Shown here piece after piece: positions 39,563 to 55,357 of a DNA stretch of 64,000 bases. The translations under genes were made by a program, and so were the position numbers. Within the stretch, counting starts at the first letter, position 1; every line of letters begins with the position of its first letter. The stretch is from Vicugna vicugna (lineage: Eukaryota), in assembly GCA_013265495.1 (NCBI GenBank), contig MU058540.1:2629696-2693695 (forward strand), in the 5' to 3' direction. The notes below the pieces were generated by a model. The model was not told the DNA's origin, did no database searches, and saw only the letters and a list, made by a program, of their open reading frames with translations.

Positions 39563-41463
39563 TGAGATTAATCCTTTTACTGATGAGGAAACTGGGGCTT
39601 TGAAAGCTTGCGTAACTTGCTCAGCTTCACACTGCTAGGAAGTCGGGGACTGGGATTTGAACCTGTATTCTTCTGGCCAGGCTTCGCTGTTATTTTATAT
39701 ACATTAACTGACGAAAGTGGAGTGTGACTGCCACTCCATAGTGCCCCGTTACAGAGAACTTATGCAGTGGGTCTCTTTTCCTCTCACTCATTTAAGCAGG
39801 GTGAAACCTGAGGCATCCGTCAGGAATCAGCCCAGTTCAGTTGCTTCATTGCTGGGGAGAAAATCAAATAAGTGTTCTAAAGAACTGAATTAATAACTTA
39901 GGTTCCTGCTTTCATTTTTAAGAACCATACTTGGAGTATTGAAAGCCTGTCTTGGTAATTGAAGTGTTTCTTGCTCCAAGCTTGCCCGGGGATTGTGTGG
40001 AAACTTAGCTCTTATGCATGCTATGTGTGCAAACACAGGGACATGTGGAAAATTTTATCCGAAGCTGTAGGATGTGAACCCTAAATAGGTCTTTGGTCTA
40101 GATTTTGGTTTCCTTTTACCTAGAAGCAAATGGGGAAAAATTGAGTGTGCTGTAGCTAGCAATTTAGTTTTATTTCAGGTACTTAGATAACCACATAATT
40201 TCCTAGAGGTCATGGGCAGTAATCTTGTTCATGAATTATTGGATACAGATTTAAGATACATGAGGGGTAGGAGTGAGACATTCAGTTGTATGTGTAACAT
40301 TTTCTTTCGAAGAAAAGTTGAAGAAAATGTAGGAGAATGTTAACTAAGCCAGCCAAATCTTGGTGATGCGTGCATATTGTATTAACTCTGTGCTTTGGTA
40401 TGTTTAAAATTTTTTATTTAAAAAATATATTATTAAAAAAACATTATTTTACATTAAAGTAAAATCTGTTAGAACTCCCTATTTAAAAGAATCTTCTGGT
40501 AATCCTTTTGTGAGTACTTTCCCCTGATTGTCTTCTGTGTACGTCCATCCAGATGGCGTGTGTTTAGTGTGAAGCCCGTTTCACGTGGTGTGCTATTACA
40601 CATCTTTAGGTGCTCTCACTTACATTATTTTAGCTGATAGTCAAACCAGTCCTCTGAGGTAGACAGTGAGCATTATTCTCATTTTACAGGTGATGAATCA
40701 GGTTTAGAAAAAATCAAATTTGTTAAAGAAAATGGCTCCTTAGTGGTACTAGGAAAAAAAACTGAGATTCCGTGAATAAATCCAAAGCCGTTTCACCGGA
40801 ACTTTTCTGTTGAGAGCAAGACCTGCCTGTTCAAAAAATGGTGTTGGTAAGGTTAGGATTCTATGCATAGTGAAAATGCGTTTTTTAGTGAATTTCTAGG
40901 AAAAGCGATGCATTAGGTAGTTAGAAACTATCACAATCACTATCTTTTATGGAAAATAAAATTTAGAAATGTTTTTGAAGAATGTGGGGAACCAGTAGTT
41001 TGGCAAACAGTTACCAAGTTCCTTAAATAAAACACAGGAAATAGGAGTGTTATTTAGAGATAGAAATGAAAACAAATTAAAAAGTGATGCCCCTGTGAAA
41101 ACGAGACTACGGGAGGTGAAGGGGTATGGCAGAGGATTGCCAGAGGATTACTTGTTTTCCACAGAAGTTCTTTTCTAATGTTCAGCTATTTTTAACCAAG
41201 TGTGTAGTTTAAATAAAAAATGTAAATGATAAACAGTGTTAGAGTGTGGGCACTACTGCCTTCATTCTCCCCTTATGCACACACAGAATCAGAAGCTCAG
41301 GGATCTGGTATGAATCCCTAGTTTGTGCTTTTTCTTTACAAGCTCTAGGCAAGAGTTTTTGCCTGTAGATACATAAAGTTGGGGGGGGTTGTTTGTTCAA
41401 TGTCTTTTGTTCTTGTTTTTTAAAGAGGACAAGGTTTATTTTTCCCCCAGGGCCTTTTGCTGA

Positions 41464-41772
<309 letters not shown>

Positions 41773-44350
41773 TAATTGATGATAATTTCCTTCCAAATTC
41801 ACTCTGTTGTCTGTGAATAGAAATACCTGCTCTTTGCCTTGTGTTAGATGTGAGAGTAAAACGTTGCGTTGCTTTTTTTTCTACCTTCATACTTTGAAAC
41901 AGAGTGCCAGCTGACAGAAGCCTTATGTGCTGGTGATTTGGAGGGAGGGGGTTCTTGTTTCATTTACAAACCCAGTGTAGTGAAGTGAGCCCCCATACAG
42001 GGGCATGTGGTCAGAGCTGTGGAAAATAATCTGCCGAATCTCGTTCCCGATTCCTCTATAAACTCCCTCTGAAACGTAAGTCAGTACGTAGTTTCTTGTA
42101 TCCACAATTTGTATAAGCTCTCGAAAGTAATGTTTTCTGAGTGCCACAGGCCAAAGATACTAGAATAAGGTGAGATCTAAGTCCTGTCCTTTTTTTTTTC
42201 CCACCTTTTAATAAAAAAGTAGAATTGGACAAATGTTCCACATTACACAAGAACAAAGCCATTTGACCAGAAAGCATTTTGCTTGCCATCTCCTGCCATT
42301 TATGCTTGGCAATATGTGTTAATGCTGTAAGTTTCTCATGCCTGCATCACTATTCAGGTTTTCTGAAACGAGATCCTTATATCTGGCTGTTTTGTTGTTT
42401 GACAGCTGTTCTCCGTTCTTCGTGTTCTGTTCTCTGTACTGCTTCATTCAGACTGTAGTCTTCTCCACCCACCAATCTCCTGCCTCCAGCTTTTTAGGAT
42501 TAGAGTTTAGGGAATGGGAAGAGTCTGCTGAGGAGGAGTGCTGTCCGGGAGCCTGGGCTGGGAGTTAGGAGATCTTTCCTGGCCAACCGCAGACCTTAAC
42601 ATGCAGAGCACACTGGGATGAGAGTATGATAATTTGTGTGTATACACACAGACACTGGGCTTTTGAGGATTTTCATCTAGTGCTTAGGAGTGGGTCTTAT
42701 TTAATTTAAAGATCTAACCTCTTTCGGGACTTTGAATTAGTCTAAACTGAATTACAAATCAGACTGGACCACACTAACTTGCTGACTTTTAGGCTAAATG
42801 GAATCTAGCTATTCAAATATGTGTATATTCAAGCATACACGTACAAATTCATGATGAAACATTTTTACCCAGAGCCAAACATATATATTTCTTAAATATC
42901 TGAATTAAGATTAAACTAGAACATTAAAACATTCTCTAAGTTGGTCTGATATTTTATCAGACTTGACTTCATGTCCTCAGTCTTACCACCATTTCCCCCC
43001 AGGTCACTTCCACAAAAAAGGTGTTCCTCAGGGTAGGCTGGCTGTTTGAAATAGGCTGCCTTTGAAAGTACTGCTTAAAAGGCACGCATTTTCTGGGTAG
43101 TAGGTTCCTTTATCTAGGTGATTTACCAGCTGAGTCAGCCAAGGTCATAAATGCTGAGAGTTTCCTAGGTTTGTTCTGTCCTGTGGCTGCATACAGAACA
43201 GTGCTCAGAAACCTAGCCAGTGAGCTGACCGTCACAGGGGGGACAGGCTGAGAAACTGAGGCCAGGTTAATGCAGATCATGCCACTGCTAGGTGAAGAAC
43301 TCTGAGCCTGGATCCTGCTGAAGATAGATGGGAGTTAAGTTTATAACATTGTTCACTATTTTGATTCATAGCTGTCTTGGCTACACTTTAACCAGAACAT
43401 TCCAGAAAAATGTCAGCATTCTTTGAAGACTGTCATCAGGATGGATTTCTTAACACATGGTATAGTGATTTGGAAAGCATATGAGTCTTTTGCAGACCTT
43501 TGAAAAGCAGCTAGTTCAAGGTAGGGGATACCAGCTGTGAACAGTTGAGCAGCAGGGTTTCCCAACAGGGTAAGGAAGGAGCTGGCAGTGAGTGCCCATT
43601 GGGCTGGCTTCTCATGCTGCAGTTCCTACGCGGAAGTGCGGCAGGAGTGGTAGCAGTCATGGGGCGAGTTTTCCTGGCGGGGACCTGAGAGAGGGAGGAA
43701 GGATGGGAAAAGATGAATATAAAAGCAAGACTTCCTGTGCCCTCATGACCTCTGAATTCATGCCCAGACTAGGCCTGCTTCTCTGAAATATGTCAAACTG
43801 CTGATGAGCCTAATACCTACCCTCCTTTTCTACTTGACCTGAAATTCCCATCGTTAGTTTTCCCTGGGTTGAAGAAGGGCATTTTTTTCCCCAGAGTTCT
43901 GCCATTAAAACGTACCAAGAAAGGGAAAGCATTAACATGTCTGCACCTACTGGTACAGATTCATCTATCAGATTAGATGTTGAAAGCAAAGCTCAGAAAT
44001 ACCGAGGACGGCATGCTGGATAGGTACATGCTGATGGATGAGGAGAAGGCACGGGGAAGCTCGGGAGCAGCAGGTGCTGTCCCCGAGCTCCGGGTGTGTG
44101 GGCCTCTCAGTGCTGGAGAGGCCGCGAGAGGCAACCCGCACGCACTCCGGAGACCTTCCGGGGCCAGCTCTGCGGACGGCTGTATTTCGTTTGCTGTCCC
44201 AGAAGCTCGCTGCAGGTGAGCTGTGGAGGCTTGCTGCTTTGTCCCTCCTTGCGCTCAAACTCTGAAAGCAGTTCTGCCGCCTTTTCCTGTCTGAAGGGAG
44301 TGTCCTAAGACTTACCTTAGAGGGGCTGGGTTCTAGTGCTCTGTTTCTAA

Positions 44351-44671
<321 letters not shown>

Positions 44672-44828
44672 TAATCATTGCCTTTCTCACTGTTTTCTGT
44701 TCCTGTAATTCTTAAGTCCTTCTCACTTGTGAGTTCAGTCAGGTACCAAGTTGTGATTAAACATGTCAGGATGGCCAGGAGCCACTTTGCCATCCAACGA
44801 GTCACCAGCTTGGTGACAGTTCTAGTAA

Positions 44829-45089
<261 letters not shown>

Positions 45090-46037
45090 TGAACTTTTAG
45101 TTTGCTTGGAACTGACATTTTAAATTACTAAACATAAAGCAATTCAAGCGTGGGTTGAAAGTCATCCGCAGAGGTTTACTGACTCCTTCCCTCTCTTGCT
45201 TCAGAGCACCGTGAGGAAGTGGGGTAAACAAGAGAACACGGAGTGGGTTCTAAATCTAGCTCGACCAAGTGAGTCACCAAGCTAAATCGCTTCCCCTCTT
45301 GGGACATTGGTGTCTCAACTCTAACGAAAAAGGATGCTGATCCTAAATATAAGGGAAGGCTCACTAATAAAGTCACACAACATAAATTGGCTGGGTTCTT
45401 CTTAGTTTACCATTATGAACTTAGTGTTGGCTAAGTGCTTTGTAGATGTAAACTTGTGTTAAGTTTCACAGTTCACCTTTGACAGGTGATAATCTCAGAA
45501 CAAAAGAGAAGACTGAGAAAATGTAGCTTGTTCAAAACTCTAAACATTAAAGTTGGGACTAGAATTGATTGCCTGAATACAGTTATCATTACCTACGCTT
45601 CCTGAAATTATTTTAAAATTTATCCTTTGAAGTTTATGGTATATTTCTCTGCATATTCCATGAAGTTCTCTGGACTTGGGGTTTCTCTGTTGGGTCTAGT
45701 ACACACTTACGGCAAGTCCTTTGGTGTGGCAAAACTTCAGAATATTCCTTTTTTGTGGCACTCTGACCTTGTGAAATTGGGGTCCAGAACATCTTCAGAA
45801 GAGGTACTATAAAGAGTCATCCCCAAATGATATTTCTGTCTCTTGTAGAAGTAATGTTTATGTTCTGACACTGTATGTCAGAAAAACAACTAATTGATCA
45901 GAAATGCTCAGGGTTTATTGAACAAGAGGAGATTGAAGAGTGGCAGAATGTGAAGCGTTTAACAGAATTGGTTTAATTATCATCTTGGAACAGGAAACGT
46001 TCTTTTCCTTTAAATGGGCCACTTCTCTGGACCTTAA

Positions 46038-46388
<351 letters not shown>

Positions 46389-46599
46389 TAGATCCCAGAA
46401 CCAATGTGAATATCATTGTTGAGCCTGTGAGGCCGTCAGTTGGGTCACCTGGATCGTCAGCTCAGTCTGTGATACAGGGCTTCATGCTGGGGATATAGTG
46501 AACATTGTTATACTTCCCACTGCTACCCCTGGTGTCCCATACTGTGTCAGCACTGAGGCAGCACATTAAGTGGTGGTGTCATTCTTCCCTCCATTTGTT

Positions 46600-47923
<1,324 letters not shown>

Positions 47924-49180
47924 TAAAGCCCAGCTTCGAGGGGCCTAGAGAATAGGCCCACTTGGAGATGACATTCCTGTCCAAGTTTGAAGATTCCTGT
48001 TTTTGTTTTTCTTCACCCTTACATATCCTTTTCGTTTTATTTCTAGTTGAAAATGCTTTAAAGCAGCTTCAGGACTAAGTTCCAGTTTACTCCCTCAGAA
48101 TACAGAGCAGTGAGGGCTAAGGACACTGGTGGGTAAATGGGCTCATGGGCTCCCCATGTGGGAGAGCTTTTCTGCCAACAGTCTTGGTGAGGACCTTTCT
48201 GGGACCTAGAAGGGTCCTTCTGAAAACTATAACCGGAGACTCAGAATTTAAATTTATTCCACTACATACCTCCAAGGAATGTCTAGATGTATTGACAGAA
48301 GTGCTCTAAGTGATCTTAGAGCCACCACAGTGGCTTCCAGCCTGTGGTCTCCATGGATGGGTCTCAGAGACTGATTCCTGCAGAGTGCTGAAGCCATTCT
48401 GGTCTCCCTTCCATGAGTCTCTGACCCTTGCGTTTTGCTGCTCTAGTTGTCTCAGTCCTGCGTAAAGAACCACCAGACCTTCATTGTGTCTTACTTAGGT
48501 TGGAAACTAAAGTTGGAAGAGATTTTTGAGATCATCTATTAAATCTTTTCCTACTGTATCCTCCCTTGTCTCTTTGGAAATTGCAGGGATGGAGTGAGAG
48601 ATCACTCCATTTCCCAGAGCAGCCCATTAAACTGTCCTACCATGAGGACATTCTTCCATAGAGCTAACAGATAGCCTCCTCCTTCTGTCTTCTGTGTGGT
48701 TCTAGCCTGTGCAGCTATTGAATAATTTCTCCCGTTTCCATGTGACAGCCTTTCAGATATTTTAGGCAGCATTTCTGTTTTTTCTTTAGGCTTAAACATT
48801 CCACTTATCCTTAACTACTTCTCATGCAGGATGCCCTCTAAGCAACAGAATTAGAGGACTAGAGTAGCCATACCTTGGTACCCATACCACAATACCGATT
48901 TTTATTTTATAGTATTGAAGCCAGTAAAATAAACGCTTCCAAAATTGGTAAGAGGCTTCTCTCCCCTTTCCATTAGAAGGGATTGTTGTTACTCTCTTCT
49001 AGGGACAAGACCTACTAACCTGAGCAGGAGGGAAGCAAGAATGTACGTGGTCGGGGCTGGGAAGGCATGTTCAGAGGCTGGGCACTTCTCTAGTAGATCA
49101 TGTACCGTCTTCAGTTTTGGGAGCATGTTGATGTGTTTGGGAAGGAGGGAGTGTAGAAGCCAGAGTGAGTGATTTGCTAG

Positions 49181-49504
<324 letters not shown>

Positions 49505-52500
49505 GGCCAGCTGTGGGCCACCCCTCTGCGGAGCTTCTCTGTCTGCGATGCCCACAGCTGACCTCCCCATGGTTTGTCTCACCCTGAGTAGGAGACGTGC
49601 TTCTCCCCAGTCCTTTCCCTTTCTCCCGTAATTAATGTGTGTCCTTTTCACTAAGTCTGTGCCTCTGGCAGGAGACGAAAAAGCACTCACTGGTAATTAA
49701 GCTACCAGCTTTGCAGCGGCCCTGGTAACTTGAAAATTTTGGGTCTGGTGCTGTTCACTGAGTCTTTGCATAACAGCAGAAGCAGGAAAGGAAGTCAAGA
49801 CTCCTGTTGCCTCATACTCAGCAAAGCAGTCCTCATCCTTTACATGCTGTTCTTGGCTTTTGTTTTGTTTTGTACCAGGCAAATTACTTCGCAGCAAAGG
49901 GACCAAACTTAAAAGGAGACAATCTCTATCTTCTACAAGCAGGTATGAATGGGATGCCCATTAGAGGTTAATGAAGATGCCATTCCTGGTGGCCTCTGTG
50001 CCCAGATTGCATCTGGGAAGAACTAGGCTCTCATTCAAAATGTCCAAAAGGAAATTCTTAAGAGCTTAAATTCAGTTTTGTTTTTCATTATTACAGTGAA
50101 CAATCCAAAACTTCAGATTCTTTGACAGGAATGTCTTAACAATGTTTATGAAACCTTTTTAGCTTCAAGGTTTCTGAGCCTAAACAAACTGATTTATTCA
50201 CTTGGAATGAAATTTACAACTGAAACAGAAAAACTCCCACTCAGGCCACTTTGATTATCCTGGCTTAGAATCTGGTACGAAGCATACGTCTTCCCCTAGG
50301 GCAGCACACTGCTGTGGCTGTGGCTGTGGCTAGGAGACCTTAGATAACGGCTTTTAAAAGCTTCCCAGAGGAGCAAAATTCTCACCAGTGCTCAGTTTCT
50401 CAGTGGAAAGATTAATAAGAGCTTGGTGGGTGGGGGATGGCATGGAGGGTGAATCTGGGTAGGGAAATGTCACCTGCCCGGGCTTTGTTCTGGTGCAGGA
50501 CTTTTTGTTGTATATTCTTTTCATACTATGGAGTTTTTTTATAGTGGGATATTTTAATTTTTGAAATAGCCTGTCAGCCACTCACACTGGGTAAGAAAAC
50601 CATACTAATGTCATTAAAGGGAAATTAGGCCTAGTAATTTTATTGTCTGTCAGCTCTGTGTTAACAGTGCACAATGTGTGACAGCCCAGACCATTCTCCA
50701 CACCTCCCAGTACTGAACCACCTTCCGTGATGTCCCCATGGCTGTTAACAGCAGAGCTAAATTTAGTCTAGAGCCAGATGTAAGTATCTTGAGATTTTCT
50801 ATTTAACGGTAGAGGGTTGGCTTTCCAGTCACCTACTCTGAGCATTTACTCATCACAGATTACAAAGCAGCACATAGTTTCCTTCAAGTTCTTTAAAATA
50901 AGAGCATGACTGTTTTTTTTAAAATTTCATTTCCATGGGATACCGTAGGGCGAGCTACTTGATGCTACTTTCTGAGTACCCTAGTCAGTCCTCCAAAGGC
51001 AAATTCAGATGTTGTTGATAGCTACTCTTTCCAGGCTGGAAGAGCAAGAATGTTCTTAAGAAGTGTATTCTCTGTGCAGAGGGCCAGGGCCAGCATCACA
51101 GGGGACATCAACGCTCTGTTACTTACTCAGAAAAAGTAGTGGTAAGGGGTTAAACTGAGCTATCCCCCACCTACAGAATTATTCTGATTATCACCGGCAT
51201 CCATTTGTAAGACTGAGGGCCAGCGTTAAGGTTTAGGGTTAGTGTTATTTTGTAGCCAGAGGGGTAGTTTTATTTCTGTGAAACGAATTGGCTCATATTT
51301 GAGGTCAGGTTTAGCTTTGACTTTACCGTTACTACATTCACACTCACTTGTAGTTGACCAGCCCAGATATTTGTTGAATGGTGCTTCCTTTATGCTGATT
51401 TTCGGTTGACTTCCACACCGTCACAAAGGAAACTTGAGTTAACTTTTATGTAGTCTATGATAAGTGTGTAATTTTTGTTATACAGCTTATATATTAACAT
51501 TTAATATGTAACATGCCTCAGCTAACACTCTAATTAGTCCTTGCTTAGATAAAAAGCCAGGTATGAAAGGATGGCATGTATTTAACACTGTGTTCTGTTA
51601 ATGATTTTCCTTAGGCTTTAAAGAACTTAAGGTGTTTTCCCCCCCGAATTGGGTTGATCTGCTTTCGGCCCCAACCCTTGGGGTTTGCATGAGCTGGAAA
51701 TCTGTGGAGGTAAACCTGCCGCTGTCACCAGGTGGTGGTGACTGAGGGAGAAGCTGGGTGCACAGGTTCCTTCTGGTGGAGAGGGAGGTTTCTTCTGCAC
51801 CCCATGCCCTCCCAGCCTGGAGCCCAGCATCCCTGTAATTTGGTGGCTCCTGTCAGCCACAGCTGCTCTGTTCCCAAGGTCAGGACATTCCACGGTGGCA
51901 GGACCTCTCAGTTCTCACAGGGACAAGAGCTGGGTTGTAGTCATTCCCTTCAGAGTCAGTTACTGGCCAGCTGGGCAAGAGGTGTTTCTAATAAAGGTGG
52001 AACTCAGGTTTGGTGTTTTTTCTAAGTGCCTAAATAAGTAAGCCAGGCTGTTTATATAGAAACATCTTCATAAGCATCTAGGTAAAACCATTTTATCTTA
52101 TTCAGAGGTATCTATCCCAGCAAGCCAAGATAAACCTGAATTTCAGGTTTAGAATCTGAGTTTGTGTCTGCGTATCACATATAGTTGATTAGGAAACATT
52201 TGCTATTGAGTTGGGAGCAGGCAAGGAGAGTGTTAAAGTGTGTCTGGTGAGACTACTTAATAGTTCCTCCACAGTGGAGGGAAAGGTATTAAAAGAATGA
52301 CAGCAAAAAGGGTAAGGAAGCTAGAAAGTAACTGGACTTACTGCATAATATGCAATAGCCAATATTATTTTGAACTAAATTCCAAGAGAACAGCGTGGTG
52401 CCTAATGTATGCAGGTGTATAGACATACTGTGGAATAAGCCCGGGGGGACGGATGTATTTGCAAGTAGTGTTCTAGCGGGTGTTCTGTAAGTAAAAGCAA

Positions 52501-52854
52501 TCAGCACAGGCTTTGAATTGTCAGAGCGGAATGGGGAGACTTTATCCAGTAATAGTCGACATAAAGTTAAGAATCAAGGGGTGTTCGCAATTTATTCAAT
52601 GCCACTTCTTGCCATCATCGTGAAATTGTTAAACTGGGCATAATGACTTCAGAAAGCAAACCTGATGCCTTGCCTGTATGGGCGATGGAGCCACATTCAT
52701 GCCCTGGGTGGGATCACCTCTGCAGGAGAACATTACATTTCCTTAAAGGCAAAATGCTTATAGGTTTTGCCTCTTTACTTTGTATTACTTTTAAAGTTGC
52801 ACTTGTTCACCTACCAGTGTTTACGAAATCCTATATTTGGGATGCTTTTTCTAT

Positions 52855-52904
52855 AATAAAAATTATCATTTGTGTCCATGTTGTTTTTTTTAGCAGAAAA
52901 TAAA
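52855..52904 (+). terminator. KCTD20: Likely KCTD20 poly(A) signals (AATAAA at 52855-52860 and 52899-52904)
   Basis: The first AATAAA is followed by a GU/U-rich tract (ttgtgtccatgttgttttttt), at the end of a repeat-poor UTR-like stretch of about 3.4 kb. Confidence 0.65.
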
Positions 52905-52969
52905 ATTGGAAGTCAAGGTATTAAAAAGGACTGAAAGTAGCACCCAGACTGCCCAGAAGAGTCTCTTCT

Positions 52970-53001
52970 GTGCTCGCTTCAGCAGCACATATACTAAAAT
53001 T
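52970..53001 (+). pseudogene. 3'-truncated U6 snRNA retrocopy (first 32 nt)
   Basis: GTGCTCGCTTCAGCAGCACATATACTAAAATT matches the U6 5' end with one mismatch (G>A); no poly(A) tail. Confidence 0.9.
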
Positions 53002-55351
53002 AAGTCGTCTTTTTTCCTGCAGCAGCTGCAGGGCTCGCTGGGAGCCTGTGTGTGCTTTTCGCATCCTGCTAATTTCTTGCAACTCACAGGTTCCAGAGCC
53101 CTCATGATCAGCCTTCTTGAGTTTCTGGTTAACTTGTCTTCAAGACCCCTTGAACTCTCAGCTCCAACTACACAGGACCCCGCAAAGCCAAATGTCAATC
53201 TGAAAGGTAAGAGGACTCACAAACTTCTGTGTTCTAGTTTTGGTTTAAAGCAAGTGAGGAAGCGGGGCAGGGATGAAAAGCAGGTAGGAGATAGAGTGGT
53301 CTCTGATGGGCTGTCCTCTAGTCAGGTGTCTCCTCAGGTCACTTGGCCTGCGCGCTTATCGGTAATACTGACAACTTCAAGGGGTGCTAAGCAAGCCAGG
53401 GCCTCCCTAGCTGGCCTGCCTTTATCAGCACAGAGGTTAAGAACATGCTCTGAAGACATGGCCAGCAGTGCTTGGTCACAGGGACATATGCTAACCAGGA
53501 CACAGTTCTTCCCTTCAAAGGGCTTTTATGATCATGTGTAAAAGACGGAACTATAAATAGTCCAGGTCACCAGAACTATGGAGTGGCCCGCTTTTACTGT
53601 GAGGATTCACAAGAGGATTCTAGAAGTGATACAGGAGCCAACTTGTGAAGGACAGATACTAGTTGTTTTGGACCTGTCAGCAGGGGAGGAGGTATCCCAG
53701 GCCAGCTCGACTATGTAAGCAGAGATGCAAAGGTGAGATAGTTGCTTTTCTCAGGAAAGAGGATGGGGGTGTGGAGATGCAGCCAGAGTAAAGAAGGACT
53801 CTCATACCTCAAAGGTGTTTGGTCTTCTTACATAAACTATTGGGAGCCTTAAGAGTCTTATGCAGGAGAATGCTATGATCAGACTTGAAATTTAAAAGAA
53901 AAAAAATCTAGGGGAAGGACCAGGGACAAAGCCAGCTAAGAGCCCACGGCAGCGGGTTCAGCAAGGAATGGTGGAGGCACTGGTAGGCTGGATGGCCATG
54001 CCCCACAAGTGTGCGTGCTTACCACTGGGAGCCATTAAGAAGTTCCTGGCTTGGACAGAGGATAGAACGAGCTAGAAAAAAAAGGCTATGGGGGGAAGAG
54101 TGGGATCTAGAGTTCTTCGGTGGGATCTAGGAAGGTTGGTCACTTTACGAATCTCACCACAAAAATACAGCTGAAGCCACAGTACAGGGGGGAGAGCACA
54201 TGAATGAAGAGAAGGCAGAGGCATTGCTCTGAAGAGCACAGGCATTTTGAGTGGATTTTTTTTTTTAAGTCAGCAGTGTGAGTGCAGTAGGTGGTCATGT
54301 AACATGAGGGCTGAAGAGAAGCCAATGGATATGGCACTGAGGACACCAGTGGCCAGAGGAATGATTATAAAAACTACTAGCGTGTTTTGTACATGGGATA
54401 ACTGATACTAACGTGCCACGCAAGGGGAAGGAATAGAGAGAGAGGCTTTCCAAAGCAATGACTCAAAGTAGTAGCAGGCAGTGGCAGAAGATTCCTATTA
54501 TGCTACATAGATGAGTGTTAATTAGCAATCTGCTATTCAGAGCCTGAATATTAATCCCCAAGGAATTACCCTTTAACTTTTGAAAGTAATTCTAAAAAGA
54601 AACAGGCACTGAAGAAAATTTGGATGCACTCCTGAATCAGAGGCTGAATGACATCAGTATTCAGCTTCCTTTTAGTACGTATGCAGTGTAGTTGGAAGTT
54701 CTGTTGTATTCTACCTCCCCTTAAAGAGTAGGAAACAGTTATCTACGAATAGGACCAACACTGAGCCCATAGTTCCTTCCCAACATGTTTCCTGAAACCC
54801 ATGAAACTTGGAAGGAATACATTCTGTCTGACCTGCACTTCCTACCCTGGTTCTTCCTCGTCTCTCTTGAGGTTCCTTTCCCTGACCCAGAGAAGGGGCT
54901 AAGAAGTGGGACTCCTCATGCACACAGCATCCAGAGACAGAACCCTGCTCTGGTGGGCACAGGGAGCTGAGAAATCCCATCCTGGGAGCGTGAGAGATTC
55001 CTGGCCAACCCTAGGCTGAAAAAAAACAGGGCTGGGCTACAAAGAGTTGTAGAAGGGTCTGCCAGTTGACAGCACTTTTGTCACCAGGTCTTCTCTGGGC
55101 CTTACTGCACTGATGACAAGAGTGCCCCCTGTGCTGTAACACTGAACCATGTGAACCACTAACCAGAGGCAGTCTCTCTACACGGACTCCAGTTCAGAAG
55201 ACTTGTTCTCAGGGAGCAAAAAAGCAGGTACCATCATCCCTGAGACAGTAAAGCACTTGGCCTAAATACAGTGTTCCACCAGCACTCAGCCTCTTTGAAT
55301 TATAGGCCACATTTCCTTTAAAACATCAGGTTTATACTGTTTTCCACACAG

Positions 55352-55357
55352 TTTATT
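55352..55357 (-). terminator. STK38: Likely STK38 poly(A) signal
   Basis: AATAAA on the - strand about 1.8 kb beyond the stop codon. Confidence 0.65.

Noticed and set aside
51225..51246. Telomere-like gttaaggtttagggttagtgtta
   Set aside because: Only one perfect TTAGGG; consistent with chance.
52906..53541. 211-aa ORF on the + strand
   Set aside because: Non-ATG start, runs through the U6 fragment just beyond the KCTD20 poly(A) signals, and has no recognisable domain.
54100..54130. Direct repeat GTGGGATCTAG twice with a 9-nt spacer
   Set aside because: Two copies only; a small local duplication, not an array.
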